A stretch of DNA of 62,684 bases, the filler included, from an uncultured bacterium (GTDB lineage Bacteria; DYJV01): assembly GCA_964543655.1 (NCBI GenBank). It is 3 parts of 3 records of this genome, joined end to end, with 100 filler letters (N's around TTAATTAATTAA, not from the genome) between each part and the next. Parts side by side here need not be neighbours in the genome. Positions count along the whole stretch, not along the records: positions 52,686 to 62,684 come from CAZIZE010000086.1; 2 more parts are not named here. One strand, written 5' to 3'. Each line of letters begins with the position of its first letter. Within the stretch, counting starts at the first letter, position 1. The position numbers and the translations under genes were made by a program. Below the pieces are notes generated by a model. It was not told the origin of the DNA. It searched no databases and worked only from the letters and a program-made list of their open reading frames with translations. Shown here in pieces: positions 53,160-62,684 of this stretch.

Positions 53160-54731
53160 TTGAGCCTGAAAGTCAAAGCAGCCATTCTTGTTACACTTAT
53201 AAGTTTTATTTTCACCACTGCATTTACAGTTATCTTCTACCATATTCAAAAAAAGATGGTATTAAAAGAAATCGGTGATAAACTTAAAACAGCAGCATAT
53301 GCAATAGAGGAAATTATACCTCAAGACTACTTTGATAGGGCAAAAAATAAAAATGCAATTTCAAATAAGGAATATATGAAATATTTATATAGACTCACAA
53401 ATTATGCAAAAAAAATAAATGTTTACTACCTGTACACATTTGTAATCATAAATGGCAAAAAATATTTTACTGCTACATCTGCTACTGATAAAGAGTTGAA
53501 AAATAAGAGTTATGACAGATACTTTACTGAATACACCTTTAATCCTGAAATAACTCAAAAAACTGCCAAAGCTGTTAAACCAATGATAATTGAAGAGGGA
53601 GATATTAAATATGGACATTTCATGACTATCTACATTCCTCAATGGACAAAAAAGGGGAATAAATATTATCTTGGCTGTGATATAAATATAAATGATGTTC
53701 ATAGAAAATTAAATGAAAACTTAATAACCTGCATTTTAATTGGTTTGATTCTATTCACACTATCCATTTTATCTGGAATCTGGGTAGCCAATCAATTGTC
53801 TGATCCAATTATGAGATTATCAAAATATGCTGAAAACATTATTGACGAAGATTTAAATTACAAAGCTGGTATTGAAAATATTTTGCAAGATATAATTAAG
53901 CGAAAAGATGAAATTGGCAGGCTTGCAAAATCTTTTAACATTATGGAGAAGAAGTTAGAGTCCTACATTGTCAACTTAAAAGAGACAACAGCAGCAAAAG
54001 AGAAAATTGAGAGTGAGCTTAAAATTGCACATAATATTCAAATGGGGTTTCTTCCCAAACCTCTTACAAATAAAACAGAGTATATTGATCTCTATGCATC
54101 AATGTATCCAGCAAAAGAGGTTGGTGGTGATTTATACGATTATTTTATTTTAGATGATAAACTGTTTTTTATTATTGGTGATGTTTCTGGCAAAGGTGTG
54201 CCAGCAGCATTATTTATGTCCACAACAATAACTTTTTTTAGAGCAATGGCTCCTATATGCAAAACCCCATCAGAAATTGCCACAAAAATGAACAAAGAAA
54301 TTTTATTAATAAATGACAGTATGACTTTTGTTACATTAATTTGTGGAATATACAATATTAAAACAGGTGAAATGTTTTACACCAATGCAGGCCATTTACC
54401 ACCATATATTTTATCTATGAATAGAGATTTGATAAAAGCAGAATTGCCTGTGGGAATAGTTATAGGTGTTGATGAAAATGCTAAATATTCAGATTTTCAA
54501 TTAACATTATCACATAATGACACCATTGTTTTTTACACAGATGGCATAACAGAGGCATTTAATATAAATGAAGAGCTATTTGGTTTTCAAAGATTAGAAT
54601 CGCTTTTAAAATCCATTAATTTTTCCTCATCTGAAGAACTGGTAAAAATGATTAATCAGGAGATTTTCAAATTTTCAAAAGGTATGCCTCAATCTGATGA
54701 TATGACTGTATTAGCATTAAAAAGGTGTTAG
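53160..54731 (+). CDS. Membrane sensor-HAMP-PP2C (SpoIIE/RsbU) phosphatase
   Basis: Two TMs, DEIGRLA, VGGDLYD, GDVSGKG, YTDGITEA, DDMT. Confidence 0.93.
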   Translation: MSLKVKAAILVTLISFIFTTAFTVIFYHIQKKMVLKEIGDKLKTAAYAIEEIIPQDYFDRAKNKNAISNKEYMKYLYRLTNYAKKINVYYLYTFVIINGKKYFTATSATDKELKNKSYDRYFTEYTFNPEITQKTAKAVKPMIIEEGDIKYGHFMTIYIPQWTKKGNKYYLGCDININDVHRKLNENLITCILIGLILFTLSILSGIWVANQLSDPIMRLSKYAENIIDEDLNYKAGIENILQDIIKRKDEIGRLAKSFNIMEKKLESYIVNLKETTAAKEKIESELKIAHNIQMGFLPKPLTNKTEYIDLYASMYPAKEVGGDLYDYFILDDKLFFIIGDVSGKGVPAALFMSTTITFFRAMAPICKTPSEIATKMNKEILLINDSMTFVTLICGIYNIKTGEMFYTNAGHLPPYILSMNRDLIKAELPVGIVIGVDENAKYSDFQLTLSHNDTIVFYTDGITEAFNINEELFGFQRLESLLKSINFSSSEELVKMINQEIFKFSKGMPQSDDMTVLALKRC

Positions 54732-54742
54732 AGGTTCTTTAA

Positions 54743-55144
54743 TTGAAAAATTTTAAAATTACCCTTCCAGCTAAAAAAGATTCATTAGCAAAAGTAATTT
54801 CCTTAATAGAAGAATTTGCAGAAAAATACAGTATCCCTCCTAAAACATTATTCAATTTACAACTTATTGCAGAAGAAATCATTGTTAATATCTGCTCCTA
54901 TGCTTATCCTGACAAAGAAAAAGGGGAGTTTTCAATTGAACTTTCTATTTTGAATGGTGATATTTTAATAATATTTAAAGATAGTGGAATAGAATTTGAT
55001 CCTACTACTATAGAAGCTGATACCAAACAGAGTGTTCACAATGCTACTATTGGTGGTCTTGGAATACATATAGTCAAAGAGTTAGCAAAAAAAATTGAAT
55101 ATATTAGAGAGGGAAATGAAAATATTCTTAAAATTTTAATTTAA
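54743..55144 (+). CDS. RsbW-like anti-sigma factor / Ser kinase
   Basis: EEIIVNICSYAY, DSGIEFDP, GGLGIHIV. Confidence 0.92.
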   Translation: MKNFKITLPAKKDSLAKVISLIEEFAEKYSIPPKTLFNLQLIAEEIIVNICSYAYPDKEKGEFSIELSILNGDILIIFKDSGIEFDPTTIEADTKQSVHNATIGGLGIHIVKELAKKIEYIREGNENILKILI

Positions 55145-55153
55145 GGAGAAATT

Positions 55154-56467
55154 ATGTATACTAAAAAAGAAACTCTCCTTATGCAGACTTCATGTAAAAA
55201 GAAATTTTTACCTGTTGTACTTGGATTTGCAGAGGAATCAGTTCAGGCGTTTGGATTGAACCAGAGAGAGACATTTTCAATAAGGCTTGCAGTAGAAGAG
55301 TTATACACCTATCTCTGTAATGTTCTTGAAAGCTCCGATGTTGAAATTATCTGCACAAATTCGGGATATTTTGTTGAACTAATATTTCTATTTAAAGGTA
55401 ATATCCCTCTAAAATCTTTTAATATTACTGCTACAATTTCACCTGATAATAATGAAGACCTTGATGAAATGGGGTTGTTAATTGCAGCAAGAATGGTGGA
55501 TAATTTCAAAGCATCAAAAAATAGTGATGGAAATTTTTCACTTAAATTAATAAAGGAGAAATCTTACCCTCTATATAATTTAGAGAATATTGATTTTTCT
55601 TTTGAAAATTCTGATTCATTTACAATTACAGCTCCAAAACCTGAAGAATTAAAATTAGTATCAAAGTATGTAAAATATTTCTATAAAAATTCACTGCTTC
55701 CAGATTTTTTCTCTTATCCAGGTAAGCTTGTGGATATGGTATTTTTAGGCGATTATCAAGCATTAATAGCTATTGATAATAAACGGCAGATTGTAGGTGC
55801 AATTGTATGGCACTGGACAAGTGATAAATTAATTGAATTTTTCGGACCCTTTGAATTTAAAAAAGATTTTGAGAAATCTCTAAAAGAGGAGATTATTGTA
55901 GCCTTTATTGAAAAAATTGCCAAATCTGATGCTATAGGTATTTATTCAAAAGCAGCTTTAGCCCCTCTTCCTTTAGAATATTTTGAAGAAATTGGCAATT
56001 TACTGGTTTTTGCAAAAGATAGAGAAATCTCTTTGCCAATATATTTTAGGCAATTAAAAGAAGATACAGGTAGGGTTGTGTGGACTCATGAAGAACTTAA
56101 AAACTTTTTAATGGAACAATATCAAAAACTATTTTTACCAAGAAAGGTTGAAATTATTCATGATATGGGTGAAACAATACCTGAATTTTCTGTATTATCA
56201 GCAACTCTTGAGCATTTTTCAAAAACAGCTACACTTAAACCAATTATGTTTGGAAATGATATTGAAAATAATTTAAAAGCACATATAAATTTACTGGTGG
56301 GAGAAAAATTCAAAAATATATTTTTTGAAATAGATACAGGAATTTCAGAACATGCTTACATTGTGCCATCTCTTTTAAAAAATGGTTTTCAACCCAAACT
56401 TCTGCTCCCCTGTGCTGGAGAAGGAGACATAGTGATTTTTCAGCTGGAGAAAGTAAACCATGCTTAA
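55154..56467 (+). CDS. Degenerate RsbW-like domain fused to GNAT-like region
   Basis: RLAVEEL...MGLLIAARMVD N-terminus; LIAID...IVGAI and LLKNGF GNAT-like segments. Confidence 0.55.
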   Translation: MYTKKETLLMQTSCKKKFLPVVLGFAEESVQAFGLNQRETFSIRLAVEELYTYLCNVLESSDVEIICTNSGYFVELIFLFKGNIPLKSFNITATISPDNNEDLDEMGLLIAARMVDNFKASKNSDGNFSLKLIKEKSYPLYNLENIDFSFENSDSFTITAPKPEELKLVSKYVKYFYKNSLLPDFFSYPGKLVDMVFLGDYQALIAIDNKRQIVGAIVWHWTSDKLIEFFGPFEFKKDFEKSLKEEIIVAFIEKIAKSDAIGIYSKAALAPLPLEYFEEIGNLLVFAKDREISLPIYFRQLKEDTGRVVWTHEELKNFLMEQYQKLFLPRKVEIIHDMGETIPEFSVLSATLEHFSKTATLKPIMFGNDIENNLKAHINLLVGEKFKNIFFEIDTGISEHAYIVPSLLKNGFQPKLLLPCAGEGDIVIFQLEKVNHA

Positions 56468-57566
56468 AATTCCTCTTTCAGAACTTGTACCAGCTTATAT
56501 TAAAGGTTTTGAAGCTTATATTCCTTCAAAACCTGATGATGTTTTAAAAAAAATCTACAATGTAAATAAACTTTATAGGTTAAATAATAATGAAAATCCA
56601 CTTGGGCCATCAAAAAAAGCAGTAAAAGCTATTGAAAACTTTAATTCTTTTGAAGCAGCAATATATCCAAGTGGCGATGCTTATCATTTGAGGTATAAAC
56701 TTGCAGAGAAATTTGGACTTCATCCTGAGCAATTTATAGTTGGCAATGGTGCAAATGAGGTAATAGCCTTTGTAATAAAGGCATTTTGCGAGCAGGGAGA
56801 TAATATTATTACAGCAGATAAAACTTTTGCTGTTTATGAATGGGTTGCTACTTTTTCAGGGTTTAATGCAAAGTTAATTCCTCTTAAAAATTTCACTTTT
56901 GATGATATTGCAATGTTAAATGCAATTGATGAACGTACAAAAATAGTTTTTGTGTGCAATCCAAACAATCCCACAGGAACATACTGGAACAGGGAGAAGT
57001 TATGCAGCTTTCTTGACAAAATAGATGGTAAACAGATAGTTGTAATTGATGAAGCTTATTTTGAGTTTGTAGAAAAAGAAGATTACCCAAATGGTATTGA
57101 ATTGATTGAACAGTACCCTAACCTTGTTGTATTTAGAACTTTTTCCAAAATGTTTGGGCTTGCTGGCTTGAGAATTGGTTATCTTGTAGGTAGCCTTGAA
57201 GTTGTTGATATAATCAGGAAAACCTGTGTTGTTTACTCAGTTAATACATTGGCTCAAAAAGCAGCTTTTGCTGCTATTGATGATGATGAGCATATTTTAA
57301 AGACAAGGGAGCATATTAGAAATGAGAAAAATTTTCTTGTAAATGAATTTAAAAAATTAAATTTAACATTCGTTGCAGAGGAAGGGTGTTACATAATGGT
57401 AAAATTACCAATGAGTGACACCCTTGCTTATAGAAAAATGCTTCATATGGGAGTGATTATAAGAAGCATGACAGGATTTAGATTCCCCAACTGGATAAGG
57501 GTTAGCATTGGCTTACATGAAGCAATGGAATTATTCATTGAATCACTTGCTAAAATTTTACCTTAA
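56460..57566 (+). CDS. HisC-like PLP aminotransferase
   Basis: NENPLG, NPNNPTG, DEAY, RTFSKMFGLAGLRIGY. Confidence 0.9.
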   Translation: MLKIPLSELVPAYIKGFEAYIPSKPDDVLKKIYNVNKLYRLNNNENPLGPSKKAVKAIENFNSFEAAIYPSGDAYHLRYKLAEKFGLHPEQFIVGNGANEVIAFVIKAFCEQGDNIITADKTFAVYEWVATFSGFNAKLIPLKNFTFDDIAMLNAIDERTKIVFVCNPNNPTGTYWNREKLCSFLDKIDGKQIVVIDEAYFEFVEKEDYPNGIELIEQYPNLVVFRTFSKMFGLAGLRIGYLVGSLEVVDIIRKTCVVYSVNTLAQKAAFAAIDDDEHILKTREHIRNEKNFLVNEFKKLNLTFVAEEGCYIMVKLPMSDTLAYRKMLHMGVIIRSMTGFRFPNWIRVSIGLHEAMELFIESLAKILP

Positions 57567-57583
57567 AAATAGAGGAGTAACTT

Positions 57584-59875
57584 TTGGAAAAAAGTATATG
57601 TGAAATTGGGAAAAATATGGTGAGAGCTGATGCTTTTGATAAAGTTACAGGTAAAACTAAATATGCTGCTGATTTTTACAATAAAGATATGTTATGGGTT
57701 GGCATTAAGAGAGCTGGCATAGCTCATGGTAAACTTTTGAAAATAGATTTTGAAAATGCATTAAAAGTTAAAGGGATTAAAAAAGTATTAACAGCAAAAG
57801 ACATTAAGGGCAGTAATCTACAGGGAGTTGCACAGAAAGACCAACAAGTTTTAATTAGTGAAATAGTAAGGCATAGAGCTGATGCAGTTGCTTTGGTTAT
57901 TGGAGAAGATAGAGATAGTGTTAAAAATGCTTTAAAAAAAATTAACATTCACATTGAAGAACTTGAACCTGTTTACTCTATTTGTAGAGCATTGGAAAAA
58001 GATGCTCCTAAAATCCAGGAAAAAATCAGTAAAAACAATGCTTTACTCAAAGGGGAGATAATCAAAGGTAATATTAACAAAGGTTTTAAAAGTTGTGCTA
58101 AAATTGTTGAAGCTGAATTTAACCTGCCAATGCAAGAGCACGCTTATCTTGAAACAGAGACAGGATGGGCAATATTCAAAGATAATATTCTAAAAATTAC
58201 AGTCTCCACTCAAACACCATTTCGAGACAGAGCAGAAGTAGCTGAAGCATTAGGATTGCCTGTAAAAAATGTTAGAATCATAGCTCCTTTTTGTGGTGGA
58301 GCTTTTGGAGGTAAAGATGGTATAACTGTCCAAACTTTTTTAGGACTTGCAGCTCTACATTGCCCCAGTATTCCTGTTAAAATTTTGCTCAATAGAGAGG
58401 AAAGCTTTAATTCTGGAGTTAAAAGACATCCTGCAAAAATATATTATAAAATTGGTGCAGATTCAGAAGGAATACTTAAAGCACTTTATGCTAAATTAGA
58501 GTATGATACAGGCCCCTACGACCATCTTGGTGGTGTTGTAATGGCACTTGGTCTTGAGCATGCAGGTGGACCATACAAAATACCAAACACAAAGTTAAAT
58601 GGGATTGTAGTTTACACCAATAATCCAATTGGTGGCGCTTTTAGAGGTTTTGGGGTGCCACAGGTTACTGCTGGAATTGAGCAGGTTATTGACATGCTTG
58701 CAGAGGAGCTCTCAATTTCACCTATTGAGATTAGGAAGAAAAATATTTTAACAAAAGGTGATGAAAATCCTATTGGAGTTAAAATGTTAACTTCAATTGG
58801 AATAGATGAGTGCCTCAATGTTGCTCAAAATCATAAATTCTGGAAAAATAGAGAAACCTGGAAGAGAGAAGCACCAGTTAATAAAAAAAGAGGAGTTGGT
58901 ATTGCATGTGCTATTCATGGTATAGGATATGGTCCCAAAGTGCCAGATGTAGCTAATGCTAAAATAGAGCTCACTGAAAATGGCACATTCAAAGTTTACT
59001 GCGGGGTTGTGGATATGGGTCAAGGAAATATTTCAACATATCTTCAAATAGCTGGCACTATTTTAAACCAAAATATATCTGCAATGGAACCAGTGCTACC
59101 TGATACAACTCAAACTCTTCCCTCAGGCTCATCGTCTGCAAGTAGAACAACTTTTACCTTTGGAAATGCGCTTATTAAAGCAGCAGGAGCTTTAAAAAAA
59201 AGAATTTTAGAAAAAGCTGCTGATATTTTAATGGAAGTTGATATTAGCAGTTTTGACATTTTACCAGAAAAGGTTATACATCTAAAAAGTGGTAGAGAAA
59301 TACCTATAGTAGAAATTGCAAATCTTCTTTCAACCAATGAGAGGATATCTGTTTCAAGATATAGAATGCCTGTTAACTATCAGGAGCCTACTAAAGAGGA
59401 AAGTTTAAAGCTCCATGGGATACCTCATTATATTTTCTCATTTGGTGTGCATATATCAGGAGTTGAGGTTGATATGTTAACTGGTAAAGTCACTGTAAAA
59501 AATTATATTGTTATTAGCGAATGTGGAAGATTAATCAACCCAGATGTTTTTAATCAGCAGGTTCATGGTGGAGTTGCACAGGGTATAGGATATGGAATGT
59601 TTGAAGAAATGATAGTAAAAGAAGGGAAGATTTTAACAGAGGATTTTTCCACATATATTTTGCCAACATCACTTGACATACCTGATTTGGAATCTTTAAC
59701 TGTACAGAGAGATGAGCCAAATGGCCCATATGGTCTTAAAGGAGCTGGTGAAGTGGCTATTGATGCTCCCTTACCTGCAATTGCCAATGCTGTTTATGAT
59801 GCTTGCAAAGTTAGAATTAAAGATTTTCCAATTACTGGAGAAAAAATTTTGAAAAATAGAGGGGAATTAATTTGA
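57584..59875 (+). CDS. Xanthine dehydrogenase family molybdopterin-binding subunit
   Basis: KVTG, QEHAYLE, GGAFGGK, AFRGFG, DMGQG, KGAGE. Confidence 0.95.
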   Translation: MEKSICEIGKNMVRADAFDKVTGKTKYAADFYNKDMLWVGIKRAGIAHGKLLKIDFENALKVKGIKKVLTAKDIKGSNLQGVAQKDQQVLISEIVRHRADAVALVIGEDRDSVKNALKKINIHIEELEPVYSICRALEKDAPKIQEKISKNNALLKGEIIKGNINKGFKSCAKIVEAEFNLPMQEHAYLETETGWAIFKDNILKITVSTQTPFRDRAEVAEALGLPVKNVRIIAPFCGGAFGGKDGITVQTFLGLAALHCPSIPVKILLNREESFNSGVKRHPAKIYYKIGADSEGILKALYAKLEYDTGPYDHLGGVVMALGLEHAGGPYKIPNTKLNGIVVYTNNPIGGAFRGFGVPQVTAGIEQVIDMLAEELSISPIEIRKKNILTKGDENPIGVKMLTSIGIDECLNVAQNHKFWKNRETWKREAPVNKKRGVGIACAIHGIGYGPKVPDVANAKIELTENGTFKVYCGVVDMGQGNISTYLQIAGTILNQNISAMEPVLPDTTQTLPSGSSSASRTTFTFGNALIKAAGALKKRILEKAADILMEVDISSFDILPEKVIHLKSGREIPIVEIANLLSTNERISVSRYRMPVNYQEPTKEESLKLHGIPHYIFSFGVHISGVEVDMLTGKVTVKNYIVISECGRLINPDVFNQQVHGGVAQGIGYGMFEEMIVKEGKILTEDFSTYILPTSLDIPDLESLTVQRDEPNGPYGLKGAGEVAIDAPLPAIANAVYDACKVRIKDFPITGEKILKNRGELI

Positions 59876-61221
59876 TTATTAACTTTATTTTAAATGGTTC
59901 TAAGGTAAGTTTTAATATACCTCCAGATCTACGTGTTGTTGATCTTTTGAGAGAGCATTTAAATCTTACTGGGACTAAAGAAGCCTGTGGTTCTGGAGAA
60001 TGTGGGGCATGTACAATTCTCGTGAATAATGAGAGTAAGCTCTCCTGCCTCATGCTATCAGCACAATTGCAAAATAAAAATATTACCACAATTGAAGGGA
60101 TATCAGATGGAAAAGACCTCCACCCTATTCAAAAAAAATTTATTGAAAAAGGTGCTATTCAGTGTGGTTTTTGCACTCCAGGAATGATTATTGCCACAAT
60201 TAATTTATTAAACAATAACCCTTCTCCTTCAAGAGAGGAGATAAGAGAAGGTATAAGTGGGAATCTATGCAGGTGCACTGGTTATCATAAAATAGTTGAT
60301 GCTATTGAATCAGCATCCAAATCTTTTTGCAGAACCAATGAATTTCCTAAAATCTCACCACAAAAAATCATAAATATTGAAAAGCTCATAGGCAAAAGCA
60401 AAGCCAATGTTTTTATTCCGGAAACTTTAAATGAGCTCTGGGAAATTAAAAAAAATAATATTATCTATGCAGGTGGCACAGATATTCTTACTAAAAGGAG
60501 AAAAGGCTTAATTGCAGAAGATAAAAACTTAATCTGCATTGAAAGAAAAGCAGATATAAAAAAAATCGAAGATAGAGGAAATGAAGTTTTTATTGGTGCA
60601 GCAGCAACACATTCAGATATAATGAGCAGTGAAATAGTTAAAAAAAACTTTCCCATTCTAATTCAGGCAATTAAAGTGCTTGGCTCTCCACCTATTAGAA
60701 ATATGGGCACAATTGGTGGCAATATATGCACTGCTTCACCAGCAGGTGATACACTTCCACCATTATATGTGCTTGATGCAATACTTGATATTAGAAGCAT
60801 GTGCAGTAAGCGGTTAATATCAATTAAAGATTTTATAAAATCCCCTGGTGTTACTGATTTAAAATCAGATGAAATACTCTATGGAATTAATATAAAAAAA
60901 GTGCCCCACTTTAATTTTCACTATTATGAAAAGGTTGGACAGAGGAATGCTTTATCAATATCAATAGCAGGTATTGCAATTTTAGCAAAAATAGTGGAAA
61001 ATAGAATAGAAGATATTAAAATCGCATGGGGAAGCGTTGCACCTACAGTGATTACTTCAAATAAGATAAATAATGAGCTTATTGGGAAAGAAATAACTGA
61101 ACAAAATTTAAAATCTATTTTCCCTCTTATTGACGAAGTTGTTTCACCAATTAGTGATATTAGAGCGAGCAAAGAATATAGAAGATTATTAGCAAAAAAT
61201 CTCCTTCTTAGATTGCTTTAA
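59872..61221 (+). CDS. Fused 2x[2Fe-2S] + FAD subunit, xanthine dehydrogenase family
   Basis: CGSGECGAC, QCGFCTPG, CRCTGY, then AGGTD, IRNMGTIGGN, DIRAS. Confidence 0.93.
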   Translation: MIINFILNGSKVSFNIPPDLRVVDLLREHLNLTGTKEACGSGECGACTILVNNESKLSCLMLSAQLQNKNITTIEGISDGKDLHPIQKKFIEKGAIQCGFCTPGMIIATINLLNNNPSPSREEIREGISGNLCRCTGYHKIVDAIESASKSFCRTNEFPKISPQKIINIEKLIGKSKANVFIPETLNELWEIKKNNIIYAGGTDILTKRRKGLIAEDKNLICIERKADIKKIEDRGNEVFIGAAATHSDIMSSEIVKKNFPILIQAIKVLGSPPIRNMGTIGGNICTASPAGDTLPPLYVLDAILDIRSMCSKRLISIKDFIKSPGVTDLKSDEILYGINIKKVPHFNFHYYEKVGQRNALSISIAGIAILAKIVENRIEDIKIAWGSVAPTVITSNKINNELIGKEITEQNLKSIFPLIDEVVSPISDIRASKEYRRLLAKNLLLRLL

Positions 61222-62376
61222 TTTCTGATAAAAATAAACCTTATCTCTTCCTAAATTTTTAGCCATGTAGAGCGCTTCATCTGCCTTTTTAATTAATGAT
61301 ACAAAATTCTCTTCATGGGCATTTTCAATTGAAACCCCACCTATGCTTATTGTTACAAATTTTGAAACAAGAGATGATTTATGGGGAATTTTTAATGCCT
61401 TAACCTTTTCTTTGATTCTCCGAGCAATTTCCATTGCACCATTTTTGTCAGTATTATTTAAAAGAATCACAAACTCTTCTCCACCAAATCTTGCAACAAT
61501 ATCCCTCTCTTTTCTAATCTCTCTTTGAAGAACTTTTGCTATTTTTTTCAAACAATCATCACCAGCAATATGTCCATAAGTATCATTAAAATTTTTAAAA
61601 AAATCTACATCTATCATTAAAAGAGATAATGTTTTTTCTTTTTTTTCTCTATAATGCTCAATAAATTTAAATAAAAATCTCTTATTAGGAACTTCAGTTA
61701 ATGCATCAATATATGCTAATTTTTCAAGTTTTACATTATCAGCAGATAAAAATTCTTTCTCTTTTTTCAACTGTCTATACAATAAAAAATATTTTCTGGT
61801 ATCAAGCTCAATAATGTAATTAACAATAATTCCTGCAACATTAGTAGAAATAAGAAAAAAATTAGAAGCAATCAATGCTTCATTAGGAATTTTGGTTATA
61901 AAAACTGCATTAAACTCATAGGCAATTATCAATAAAAAACCAGAAAACAATGCATATAAAAATTTTAATCTGAAAAAAGTGTATGCAAAAAAAGCCACAA
62001 GCAATAATCCTGAAAAATAAAGATTGTTCTCAAATCCATAAAAATGTATTATCTTTATCATTTTAATAATTCCAAAGCCTGCTACTAAAATCCCAACAGT
62101 AATAATAATGGGAATATTCTTCACAAATGGTTTAAAGTAAAGTAATAGGTAGAGAATTATAAAAATTGGAACTACAAACTTGAATCTTATGGCAAGCAAT
62201 AAAGGGTAAAAAGATGGGTACAGGAAATAATCTAAAAATCCAAAAATGCTGTATAGGAGCATTCCAAAGAACATTGCTGTTTTTACTTGCAGCAGAAATC
62301 TTTCTTCAAAATATTTTTTATACTCTTGCTCTAAATTTTTATCATTAAAAGTAAGGGAAATCTTATTTAAACCCAT
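61189..62376 (-). CDS. Membrane-bound diguanylate cyclase
   Basis: About six TMs; DALT, DVDFFKNFNDTYGH, RFGGEEF. Confidence 0.93.
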   Translation of the reverse strand: MGLNKISLTFNDKNLEQEYKKYFEERFLLQVKTAMFFGMLLYSIFGFLDYFLYPSFYPLLLAIRFKFVVPIFIILYLLLYFKPFVKNIPIIITVGILVAGFGIIKMIKIIHFYGFENNLYFSGLLLVAFFAYTFFRLKFLYALFSGFLLIIAYEFNAVFITKIPNEALIASNFFLISTNVAGIIVNYIIELDTRKYFLLYRQLKKEKEFLSADNVKLEKLAYIDALTEVPNKRFLFKFIEHYREKKEKTLSLLMIDVDFFKNFNDTYGHIAGDDCLKKIAKVLQREIRKERDIVARFGGEEFVILLNNTDKNGAMEIARRIKEKVKALKIPHKSSLVSKFVTISIGGVSIENAHEENFVSLIKKADEALYMAKNLGRDKVYFYQKLKQSKKEIFC

Positions 62377-62483
62377 AACTACATATTACAAAATTTAAAA
62401 GAAAAGTCAACTTAGATAGGGCTGAACTTTATTTTATAACTTGAAATTTGGCATTTACAACTTTTTTAAATAAACCTACCTCA

Positions 62484-62576
62484 AAGCTGCATGAAGGGAG
62501 TGAATCCATTATAACCATTTAGTTTTACATTATCAATTTTATAAAATTTTACTATTTTTTATTGTGCAAAACTTTT
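62484..62576 (+). repeat. Degenerate right half of the MITE family
   Basis: GAAGGGAGTGAATCCATT resembles 39721-39738; 62545-62570 is identical to 52762-52787 (26 bp). Confidence 0.65.
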
Positions 62577-62684
62577 ATAAAAGTTAGAATATTTAACTAA
62601 ATTCTCTCTTCTGTTACATCTAAAACCTTTAAAGATAATAAAGCTAAATCAATTATTATAAATTTTGGCGCAAATATTATTTCT

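Noticed and set aside
56460-57566. Naming the aminotransferase hisC
   Set aside because: Family is clear, but no his genes are nearby and context suggests a paralogue.
57584-61221. Selenium-dependent molybdenum hydroxylase
   Set aside because: No yqeB/yqeC or selD in the window, and it is on a different contig from the Sec porin.
1-62684. CRISPR array, tRNA, rRNA, riboswitch, transposase or integrase
   Set aside because: None recognised by eye; a covariance-model search would be needed to exclude small RNAs.

Overview
AT-rich bacterial draft sequence, probably from an anaerobe with deltaproteobacteria-like gene content (inference). It is three contigs joined by artificial N/TTAATTAATTAA linkers: 1-29357, 29458-52585 and 52686-62684. 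Contig 1: frameshifted AAA-ATPase gene, ODP/soluble chemoreceptor pair, Liv-type ABC plus acyl-CoA ligase operon, trmFO, decaheme cytochrome plus outer-membrane porin, hybrid kinase, ubiA-like/engB/yjbQ, type IV minor pilin-PilY1 cluster and transaldolase. Contig 2: kinase/regulator/TonB receptor/binding-protein module, a secreted protein with GNAT and PIG-L/triple-GT2 genes, a MITE, degP, housekeeping genes and a large surface protein. Contig 3: partner-switching genes coupled to a HisC-like aminotransferase and a xanthine-dehydrogenase-family enzyme, plus a GGDEF gene. Best-supported highlight: the two porin ORFs are one 792-aa CXXCH-containing protein with an in-frame UGA followed by a SECIS-like hairpin, i.e. 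a probable selenoprotein porin. Other candidates are the partner-switch/aminotransferase/Mo-hydroxylase operon, the GNAT/PIG-L-GT cluster, a CUB domain in PilY1 and a 217-bp MITE family. All calls are by eye; no database searches were run.
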